Assembly: GCA_044892525.1 (NCBI GenBank)
Contig: CM097888.1
Span: 47,802,001 to 47,866,000, forward strand
Source: Schmidtea polychroa
Taxonomy: Eukaryota
Reading direction: 5' to 3'
DNA length: 64,000 nucleotides
Position numbers and translations under genes: made by a program
The notes under the pieces: model-generated
Seen by the model: the letters and a program-made list of their open reading frames with translations, nothing else
What the model was told of the DNA's origin: nothing
The model's database searches: none
In this document: one piece after another, positions 39,001-51,000 of the stretch
Position numbering within the stretch: position 1 is the stretch's first letter
Layout: the number at the start of each line of letters is the position of its first letter

Positions 39001-42000
39001 TTGTTGGAAAAGATGGAAGGTAGAAAGAGAGTAGGTAGTTAGTAGCCCGCGGGAGCAATAGGGGGGGGGGGGGTGAAAAATGTTGCAAACTTTTGATTGC
39101 ATAATTTTTGCCGTAGACATTTTTTTGATTACATAATTGTTGCCGCATGCTCCAATGATTTTTTTTCTGGGATTTTAAATACAAAAATTTTTTTTTTCAA
39201 TAAACAAGCCAAGGATAAATATTATTTGGGTGGGTCTCCTTGGTCCTGAGAATTTCAATAGAAAAGGTAGTCTACACTAAAAAAGCATGGATTATTCAGA
39301 CTATAGTGAGGGGTCTCCTTGGTCCTGGGATTTTCAATACAAAAAGACGGTTTACACTAAAAAAGTTTTGTAATTCAAGGTCTCAGGATATTTTCAATAC
39401 AAATAGGTGGTCTACACTAAAAAACAGTGGCAATTTAAAGTCTCAGGATATTTTCAATACAAAAAGCCAAGGATAAATATTATTTGGGTGGGTCTCCTTG
39501 GTCCTGGGATTTTCAATACAAAAATCCGATTATCACTAAAAAAAGCCATAGTTATTTAAGATCTCAGGATATTTTCAATAGAAAAAGGTAGTCCTCCAAT
39601 AAAAAAGCATGGATTATTCAGACTATAGTGAGGGGTCTCCTTGGTCCTGGGATTTTCAATACAAAAAGACGGTTTACACTAAAAAAGTTTTGTAATTCAA
39701 GGTCTCAGGATATTTTCAATACAAATAGGTGGTCTACACTAAAAAACAGTGGCAATTTAAAGTCTCAGGATATTTTCAATACAAAAAGCCAAGGATAAAT
39801 ATTATTTGGGTGGGTCTCCTTGGTCCTGGGATTTTCAATACAAAAATCCGATTATCACTAAAAAAAGCCATAGTTATTTAAGATCTCAGGATATTTTCAA
39901 TAGAAAAAGGTAGTCCTCCAATAAAAAAGCATGGATTATTCAGACTATAGTGAGGGGTCTCCTTGGTCCTGGGATTTTCAATACAAAAAGACGGTTTACA
40001 CTAAAAAAGTTTTGTAATTCAAGGTCTCAGGATATTTTCAATACAAATAGGTGGTCTACACTAAAAAACAGTGGCAATTTAAAGTCTCAGGATATTTTCA
40101 ATACAAAAAGCCAAGGATAAATATTATTTGGGTGGGTCTCCTTGGTCCTGGGATTTTCAATACAAAAATCCGATTATCACTAAAAAAAGCCATAGTTATT
40201 TAAGATCTCAGGATATTTTCAATAGAAAAAGGTAGTCCTCCAATAAAAAAGCATGGATTTTTCACACTATAGTGAGGGGGGGGGTCTCCATAGTCCTAGG
40301 ATTTTCAATACAAAAAGACGGTTTACACTAAAAAAGTATGGTAATTCAAGGTCTCAGGTTATTTTCAATACAAAAAGGTGGTCTACACTAAAAAACATGG
40401 TAAATTTTTTAAAATAAAGCAAATTATGGGTCTAAATATTGAATTACATTAAATAATGGGTCTAAAAATTGAATTACAGTAATCAATGGTCAATAATTTT
40501 AATTTAAAGTTAAATAAGTAAATTAAAGGCTAAATTATGAAATTAAAGTAAATCAAGGTCCAAAATTTTAAACTAAAGTAAATGATGGGTCTAATAATTG
40601 AATTAAAGTAATCAATGGGATGAAATAAGTAAATTAAGGTTCAAATTAGTAAATTAAGATCCAAAAAAAAAATTAAATTAAAGTAATCAATGGGTTCAAA
40701 TGAGTTAATTAAGGTTCTAAAAAAAAATTAAATTAAATTAATCAACGGGTTCAAATAAGTTAATTAAGGTTCTAAAAAAAATTAAATTAAAGTAATCAAT
40801 GGGTTCAAATGAGTTAATTAAGGTTCTAAAAAAAATTAATTTAAATTAATCAACGGGTTCAAATAAGTTAATTGAGGTCTAAAATTTAAAATTAAAGCAA
40901 TCAATGAGTTCAAATAAGTAAATTAAGGTCCAAATATTTAAATTAAAGTAATCAATGGGCTCAAATAACTAAATAAAGGTTCTAAAAAATAAAATTAGAG
41001 ATAATTAAGGTTCAAAATTTAAAATTAAGTAATCAATGGTAAAAAAAAACTTTAAATTAAAGTTAAATAAGTAAATTTAAGTAATGTAATAAGTAAAAAA
41101 AGTTAAAGTTAGATTTTAAAAGTTATTTACAAAAAGTTGGAATAATAGTTGGTGATTGAGAATTGAAAATTTTAAATGAAAATTTTTAACGTATATTTTT
41201 TAAGATAATTTTTAATAGACATTTTTATGAAATATTTTTCAATGTTAATTTTAGATGAAAATTTTAATGAAATAATTATTTTTTAAGTTAATTTTTTATG
41301 AATTATTTTTCAATGTTAATTTTAGATGGAAAGTTTTATGTATTATTTTTCAATAGTAATTAAAGATGCAAATCATTGTCAATTAATCATTCACTACATG
41401 AAATTATTGGTAAAATATGAAAATAATGGCTATATTTGGTTGTAAATTATGGTAAAAAAAATTTAAATAAAGTAATACAAGGATAAATAGGTAAAATAAT
41501 GTTTTATTTTTAAATTATAGGTTCAAAACTTTAAATTAAAATTTATAAACAAAAAGTTGGAATAACCAACCGCTTCTGAGAAATAAAAATTTAAAATAAA
41601 AATTTTAAATAAAATTTTTAAGAAATAATTTTTTAAAGTCAAATTTTAATAGAAACTTTTATGGAATAATTTTTTTAAGTTAATTTTTATTGAAAATATT
41701 TATGAAATATTTTTTTTAAGTTAAATTTGAATAGAAATATTTATGGTATAATTTTTGAAGCTAATTTTAAATAGAAATTTTAATGAATTAATAATTGTCA
41801 AAGGCAAATTTAGATGCAAATTTCAATGATAATAAAAATTAATAATAAAATTAATTATTAATATTATTAAAAATAATAATCATAATAAAAATAATATTAA
41901 TATTAATAAAAATAATAANNNNNNNNNNNNNNNNNNNNNNNNNNNNNNNNNNNNNNNNNNNNNNNNNNNNNNNNNNNNNNNNNNNNNNNNNNNNNNNNNN

Positions 42001-45000
42001 NNNNNNNNNNNNNNNNNNNNNNNNNNNNNNNNNNNNNNNNNNNNNNNNNNNNNNNNNNNNNNNNNNNNNNNNNNACAACTATCAGGTACAACTAGATACC
42101 AAGTACATACAACCAACTACTAAGTACCTACAACTATGTACTAACAACCAACTAAGTATTCTTTATTGTATTTTATCAAATGATTTTTAAATTAATTTTT
42201 ATCTGTCTTCAAAAATATATTTAATTACAATCAGTAGAAAAAATCTTTTCAAAATGTCTAAATTTAACAAAAATGTTGATTTTCATCAAAAATGAATAAT
42301 TGTCAACTCATCACTACTTGGAATTCAAAATAATTTAAATTACAATGAAAGACTAATGAATTCTAATTTACAAAACATTCTTCTTTTAATTGATTACTAC
42401 TGACTTATTATTGCAAAGTAAAAATCACATTCAATAACTACTTATTGTTGATCAGTTTTATTATATATACTCTTAGTCTATCTGACAGGATGTTTTGACC
42501 CGCTAAGGGTACTGGTCGTAAGGGTACTGATAGTAAGGGTATTAGTCGTAAAGGTACTAGTCGTAAGGGTATTGGTAACACTCAACCACCAACTACCCAT
42601 TAACTAGCTACTAAGTACTATCAACCAGTTACCTGCTACCATGTACTAACAACCACCATCAAAACCTATCGAGAAATTAACAAATATATACAACTATATG
42701 ACAACAATCAGTAAACAACATTGCACCAACAACCAAGTACAAGATACCAACAACTTAATATCATCTACCAGTAACTATAAACACGTATTTTCAACTAGAT
42801 ACCAAGTACTTACAACAATATACCAAATGCTATCAGTTAAGTACTTACAACAAGATACCAAGACTATCAGCAAAATACTATCAACTAACAACACATAAAA
42901 ATAATAGCAATTAAATACAAAATATTCTTCATCACATGCAATATATTCTTGTCATCATCTACAACTAAACTCTATCAATCAGATACCAAATATTAACAAC
43001 CAGATACTTACAACCAACAACTATGTAATAACAAATTGATCTTTAAAAGAAAATACTCTTCACTTGAAAAATTGGATGAAAAATTAATAAAAAAAATGCA
43101 ATTCATTAATTAACTGATTACCAGTACTTGTATGATTTTCCAATAACTAGATAAAAATTAAATAAATCATTGTAAAAATTTAAATTATTCAAAATATAAT
43201 AAATATGAAAATGTAATGGACGAAAGAACTTTAAATTCTAGTCATTAATCATCCAGTAAATAAAAAAAATACTGATCATTCAAGTTAATCAACTAAGATA
43301 ATAAAGATAATAAGATCTAGTAGATAATTTATTTTGATTGAATAAATTAACTGAAATAAATTAATTTTAATTATTTTTTAAAAGTAATACACGTATATTC
43401 AAATCTATTTACTAATTCCTCAAATTATACACAAAATTCAGTATGAATTCATTACCATTATCAAAGTCAACAATCTACAATAAAAATAATTATCATTAAA
43501 TTCCAAAAGAGACTAGATAACTAATGATAACATCTAATAAACCAGTAAATTCATTTAAATGTCAATAATTGGTATATCCAAGTAAATTTTCTACTAAAAT
43601 CATCTAGAAAGGATCAAATTTCCATGAAATATCAATGTCTTTAAAGATAAGTATTTTATCGATAAATACCCTTAAAAGGCTATATATTTCCCTCAGACTA
43701 ATAAGATTGCTTAAAATCCCGTTTAAATAACTATAATTATATCTTTAATTTCTATTATCACGAATATTTCCCTATAAAACATGTAAAATCATTAACTCTA
43801 AACAATTTATAAAGTCTAATGACAAAAAAACAGTTATAATTAAATTTTTGTTCTAAAAATAAATCACTGTAATCGAAATTTAAAATAAATATTGCTTGAA
43901 ATTTGACTATACAATATAACTGAGTAGTTGCATAGAAAGATTAAATTTATCCATATTTCTTCAAATGATCATTTTTACCGATATTCAACCGATTTAATTA
44001 CTAATTAAAATCACCCGATAGATTTCTCCCAATAAAGATCAATTTTCTTTAGTCAACGTTTTAAGTCCATATTTCCAACTTATGTCGTTGTCCGTCTAAA
44101 TAAAGATAAAAATAATTTAAAGTTGATATCAATCCCAATTATCTGTAAAGATTTCATTGTCAAAACCAAGTAAATCGATCATTATCTCTACTTAATAAAA
44201 CATTGTTCTAAATTAATTTACTGTGCATTAATCACAACCTAATAAAAAGATATAATTTCACATTATTATTGATAAAACATTGATATTTTACCAACATCTC
44301 CCTTACAATGATATATTCCCATCTTAACCCATCCTTCATTAAATTCAATCGACTATATCTCCCTTACAATGATATATTCCCATTTTAACTCATCCCTCAT
44401 TAAATTTAACCGACTATATCTCCCTTAAAAGATCATATTTTCCCATCTTAACCGATCTCTCATTAAATCCCACCGACAATATCCCAGCTAAACCGATCTC
44501 TAACCAAATATTTCTACCCCTTTAAACATTTATCCGACTATATCCATTAATTCTACCCACTTGAATCCTCCTTTAATTCAATCAATCCTCTTAAAATTCT
44601 TAGAGAATTCTTCAAAAATATGAATTTTTATTAACTGTTATCGACATCCAAAATACATCTATGAAATAATTTAGTATCTAAATTCACGTAGTAAAAGATC
44701 AAAATTCACTAAAGTTTTCTACAAATATTTAACCTATCAAATACCTAACTAGAGATGATATATATTGATTGTTCATAAAAGCAAACTAAATCACAAATTT
44801 CTGTATATCCTACAATAATTATCAAGTAAATTAAAAGTCCTTGATAAAGTTAACTGGTTTCTTAGCTTATGTTTTTTTTAAAAGTTCATCAATGTGTAAA
44901 TATTCTTAGAAAATTATTGAAAAATTATTTAGTCAAATGCATTACAAAGTCATCTAAAATTAAACCAATTACTTAATTATTAACCTAACAGTCATTAAAA

Positions 45001-48000
45001 AAAATTAATTTTTATTTAAAATTTAACAAATTATCAAGAAATTCAATTAAAATCATCATTAAAACTTTAAATTTTTAATAAATCAACATGAAATTCTTAG
45101 AAAATATATGAAAAAAATATTATTACAAAGTCATATCCTATCACATGATTATTAACTTACTGTCATTAAAAATAATTTTTATTTAAAATTAAAAAAACAA
45201 TCAATAAAAATGCATCCAATTATCAAGAAATTAATTAAATTTATCTTAGAACTAACTTAAAATTTTTAAATATTCATTCAATCCACATGAAATTCATGAA
45301 AATGATCACTATCACAAAAACCATCAACTCAAAAAAAAATTACTAATGAATACCCTAAACAACAAAATTTATCTAAATAATCTTTCAAATTAATTCATTA
45401 AAATTGAAGACAACACGCTCTATTTTGTCATTAAATTCAATTAAAATTAAATAAATCAAGATAAGAACTTTGATAAAAAATATTATTCTAAAATGGTAAG
45501 AATTAACACTGTTGTGTTAAATGAAAAGGTAATTATTCTTTAAATCTAATTAACGTAGTCATAATTTTCTTTAATTTAACCCTTTATTTACTTAATTTAG
45601 TCCTTGTTTACCAAATATAGAAGTTTAAAATATAGACCATTGATTACTTTAATTAAAAAATGTATCCCTTAATTTACATAATTTCCATCTAAAATTATTT
45701 CAAAAAATTTTTTCTAAAATTTTCATTGAAAAATATTTCATAAAAATTTTCATTAAAAATTATCTTAAAAATTATTTCATAAAAATTTTCATTAAAAAAT
45801 TTCAATTCTCAAACACCTTCTATTATTTTGTTAATAAATTTTAAAATCTTACTTTAATTTGCTTTAATTTACTTATTTAAAAATTATTACTTTAATTTAC
45901 TTATTTAACTTTAATTTAAATTTTTTTACCATTGATTACTTAATTTAAAAATTTGGACCTTAATTAACTTTAATTTAATTTTTTAGAACCTTAATTTACT
46001 TTAATTTTAAATTTTAGACCATAATTTACTTAATTGAAAATTTTAGACTTTATTTTAGAACTTAATTGAAAATTTTAGACCTTAATTTACTTAATTGAAA
46101 ATTTGAGACCATAATTTGCTTAATTGAAAATTTTAGAACTTAATTTACTTAATTGAAATTTTAGACCTTAATTTACTTAAGTTTAAAAATATATACCATA
46201 ATTTACTGAAATTGAAAAATTTGGACCATAATTTACTGTAATTTAATTTTTTAGAACCATAATTTATTGTAATTGAAAAATTTGGACCTTAATTACTTAA
46301 TTGAAAATTTTAGACCTTAATTGAAAATTTTAGACCATAATTTTCATGTAAAATTGTCATTGAAAAAATTTTCATTTCTCAGGCGCCGTTTAGTAGGTAG
46401 TTAGGAGCCCGCTGCAAGTGCAAGCCTTTTTTTTTGCTGCATCTTTTTTTTGCTGCAGGTAATTGCGGCAGCGGGCTACTACAGAAATTTGTGATTTAGT
46501 TTGCTTTTATGAACAATCAATATATATCATCTCTAGTTAGGTATTTGATAGGTTAAATATTTGTAGAAAACTTTAGTGAATTTTGATCTTTTACTACGTG
46601 AATTTAGATACTAAATTATTTCATAGATGTATTTTGGATGTCGATAACAGTTAATAAAAATTCATATTTTTGAAGAATTCTCTAAGAATTTTAAGAGGAT
46701 TGATTGAATTAAAGGAGGATTCAAGTGGGTAGAATTAATGGATATAGTCGGATAAATGTTTAAAGGGGTAGAAATATTTGGTGAGAGATCGGTTAAGCTG
46801 GGATATTGTCGGTGAGATTTAATGAGAGATCGGATAAGGTGGGAATATACGATCTTTTAAGGGGGATATAGTTGGTGGGATTTAATGAGAGATCGGTTAA
46901 GATGGGAAAATATGATCTTTTAAGGGAGATATAGTCGGTTAAATTTAATGAGGGATGGGTTAAAATGGGAATATATCATTGTAAGGGAGATGTTGGTAAA
47001 ATATCAATGTTTTATCAATAATAATGTGAAATTATATCTTTTTATTAGGTTGTGATTAATGCACAGTAAATTAATTTAGAACAATGTTTTATTAAGTAGA
47101 GATAATGATCGATTTACTTGGTTTTGACAATGAAATCTTTACAGATAATTGGGATTGATATCAACTTTAAATTATTTTTATCTTTATTTAGACGGACAAC
47201 GACATAAGTTGGAAATATGGACTTAAAACGTTGACTAAAGAAAATTGATCTTTATTGGGAGAAATCTATCGGGTGATTTTAATTAGTAATTAAATCGGTT
47301 GAATATCGGTAAAAATGATCATTTGAAGAAATATGGATAAATTTAATCTTTCTATGCAACTACTCAGTTATAGTGTACAGTCAAATTTCAAGCAATATTT
47401 ATTTTAAATTTCGATTACAGTGATTTATTTTTAGAACAAAAATTTAATTATAACTGTTTTTTGTCATTAGACTTTATAAATTGTTTAGAGTTAATGATTT
47501 TACATGTTTTATAGGGAAATATTCGTGATAATAGAAATTAAAGATATAATTATAGTCATTTAAACGGGATTTTAAGCAATCTTATTAGTCTGAGGGAAAT
47601 ATATAGCCTTTTAAGGGTATTTATCGATAAAATACTTATCTTTAAAGACATTGATATTTCATGGAAATTTGATGCTTTCTAGATGATTTTAGTAGAAAAT
47701 TTACTTGGATATACCAATTATTGACATTTAAATGAATTTACTGGTTTATTAGATGTTATCATTAGTTATCTAGTCTCTTTTGGAATTTAATGATAATTAT
47801 TTTTATTGTAGATTGTTGACTTTGATAATGGTAATGAATTCATACTGAATTTTGTGTATAATTTGAGGAATTAGTAAATAGATTTGAATATACGTGTATT
47901 ACTTTTAAAAAATAATTAAAATTAATTTATTTCAGTTAATTTATTCAATCAAAATAAATTATCTACTAGATCTTATTATCTTTATTATCTTAGTTGATTA

Positions 48001-51000
48001 ACTTGAATGATCAGTATTTTTTTTATTTACTGGATGATTAATGACTAGAATTTAAAGTTCTTTCGTCCATTACATTTTCATATTTATTATATTTTGAATA
48101 ATTTAAATTTTTACAATGATTTATTTAATTTTTATCTAGTTATTGGAAAATCATACAAGTACTGGTAATCAGTTAATTAATGAATTGCATTTTTTTTATT
48201 AATTTTTCATCCAATTTTTCAAGTGAAGAGTATTTTCTTTTAAAGATCAATTTGTTATTACATAGTTGTTGGTTGTAAGTATCTGGTTGTTAATATTTGG
48301 TATCTGATTGATAGAGTTTAGTTGTAGATGATGACAAGAATATATTGCATGTGATGAAGAATATTTTGTATTTAATTGCTATTATTTTTATGTGTTGTTA
48401 GTTGATAGTATTTTGCTGATAGTCTTGGTATCTTGTTGTAAGTACTTAACTGATAGCATTTGGTATATTGTTGTAAGTACTTGGTATCTAGTTGAAAATA
48501 CGTGTTTATAGTTACTGGTAGATGATATTAAGTTGTTGGTATCTTGTACTTGGTTGTTGGTGCAATGTTGTTTACTGATTGTTGTCATATAGTTGTATAT
48601 ATTTGTTAATTTCTCGATAGGTTTTGATGGTGGTTGTTAGTACATGGTAGCAGGTAACTGGTTGATAGTACTTAGTAGCTAGTTAATGGGTAGTTGGTGG
48701 TTGAGTGTTACCAATACCCTTACGACTAGTACCTTTACGACTAATACCCTTACTATCAGTACCCTTACGACCAGTACCCTTAGCGGGTCAAAACATCCTG
48801 TCAGATAGACTAAGAGTATATATAATAAAACTGATCAACAATAAGTAGTTATTGAATGTGATTTTTACTTTGCAATAATAAGTCAGTAGTAATCAATTAA
48901 AAGAAGAATGTTTTGTAAATTAGAATTCATTAGTCTTTCATTGTAATTTAAATTATTTTGAATTCCAAGTAGTGATGAGTTGACAATTATTCATTTTTGA
49001 TGAAAATCAACATTTTTGTTAAATTTAGACATTTTGAAAAGATTTTTTCTACTGATTGTAATTAAACATATTTTTGAAGACAGATAAAAATTAATTTAAA
49101 AATCATTTGATAAAATACAATAAAGAATACTTAGTTGGTTGTTAGTACATAGTTGTAGGTACTTAGTAGTTGGTTGTATGTACTTGGTATCTAGTTGTAC
49201 CTGATAGTTGTNNNNNNNNNNNNNNNNNNNNNNNNNNNNNNNNNNNNNNNNNNNNNNNNNNNNNNNNNNNNNNNNNNNNNNNNNNNNNNNNNNNNNNNNN
49301 NNNNNNNNNNNNNNNNNNNNNNNNNNNNNNNNNNNNNNNNNNNNNNNNNNNNNNNNNNNNNNNNNNNNNNNNNNNNNNNNNNNNTTATTATTTTTATTAA
49401 TATTAATATTATTTTTATTATGATTATTATTTTTAATAATATTAATAATTAATTTTATTATTAATTTTTATTATCATTGAAATTTGCATCTAAATTTGCC
49501 TTTGACAATTATTAATTCATTAAAATTTCTATTTAAAATTAGCTTCAAAAATTATACCATAAATATTTCTATTCAAATTTAACTTAAAAAAAATATTTCA
49601 TAAATATTTTCAATAAAAATTAACTTAAAAAAATTATTCCATAAAAGTTTCTATTAAAATTTGACTTTAAAAAATTATTTCTTAAAAATTTTATTTAAAA
49701 TTTTTATTTTAAATTTTTATTTCTCAGAAGCGGTTGGTTATTCCAACTTTTTGTTTATAAATTTTAATTTAAAGTTTTGAACCTATAATTTAAAAATAAA
49801 ACATTATTTTACCTATTTATCCTTGTATTACTTTATTTAAATTTTTTTTACCATAATTTACAACCAAATATAGCCATTATTTTCATATTTTACCAATAAT
49901 TTCATGTAGTGAATGATTAATTGACAATGATTTGCATCTTTAATTACTATTGAAAAATAATACATAAAACTTTCCATCTAAAATTAACATTGAAAAATAA
50001 TTCATAAAAAATTAACTTAAAAAATAATTATTTCATTAAAATTTTCATCTAAAATTAACATTGAAAAATATTTCATAAAAATGTCTATTAAAAATTATCT
50101 TAAAAAATATACGTTAAAAATTTTCATTTAAAATTTTCAATTCTCAATCACCAACTATTATTCCAACTTTTTGTAAATAACTTTTAAAATCTAACTTTAA
50201 CTTTTTTTACTTATTACATTACTTAAATTTACTTATTTAACTTTAATTTAAAGTTTTTTTTTACCATTGATTACTTAATTTTAAATTTTGAACCTTAATT
50301 ATCTCTAATTTTATTTTTTAGAACCTTTATTTAGTTATTTGAGCCCATTGATTACTTTAATTTAAATATTTGGACCTTAATTTACTTATTTGAACTCATT
50401 GATTGCTTTAATTTTAAATTTTAGACCTCAATTAACTTATTTGAACCCGTTGATTAATTTAAATTAATTTTTTTTAGAACCTTAATTAACTCATTTGAAC
50501 CCATTGATTACTTTAATTTAATTTTTTTTAGAACCTTAATTAACTTATTTGAACCCGTTGATTAATTTAATTTAATTTTTTTTTAGAACCTTAATTAACT
50601 CATTTGAACCCATTGATTACTTTAATTTAATTTTTTTTTTGGATCTTAATTTACTAATTTGAACCTTAATTTACTTATTTCATCCCATTGATTACTTTAA
50701 TTCAATTATTAGACCCATCATTTACTTTAGTTTAAAATTTTGGACCTTGATTTACTTTAATTTCATAATTTAGCCTTTAATTTACTTATTTAACTTTAAA
50801 TTAAAATTATTGACCATTGATTACTGTAATTCAATTTTTAGACCCATTATTTAATGTAATTCAATATTTAGACCCATAATTTGCTTTATTTTAAAAAATT
50901 TACCATGTTTTTTAGTGTAGACCACCTTTTTGTATTGAAAATAACCTGAGACCTTGAATTACCATACTTTTTTAGTGTAAACCGTCTTTTTGTATTGAAA

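Noticed and set aside
39208-40400. Repeat array as a CRISPR-like locus
   Set aside because: Units repeat in full with no unique spacers; eukaryotic context and no cas genes.
46400-46481. Helitron 3' end (hairpin plus CTAG-like) interpretation of GCAGCGGGCTACTA
   Set aside because: Lacks the terminal CTRR, and the same motif forms true TIRs with a 6-bp TSD on the large element, which Helitrons do not make.
41919-49384. Mirrored N-runs in the two palindrome arms as proof of misassembly
   Set aside because: The lengths differ (156 vs 173) and they fall in the same low-complexity tract, so they are equally explained by masking or a hard-to-sequence repeat; not decisive.
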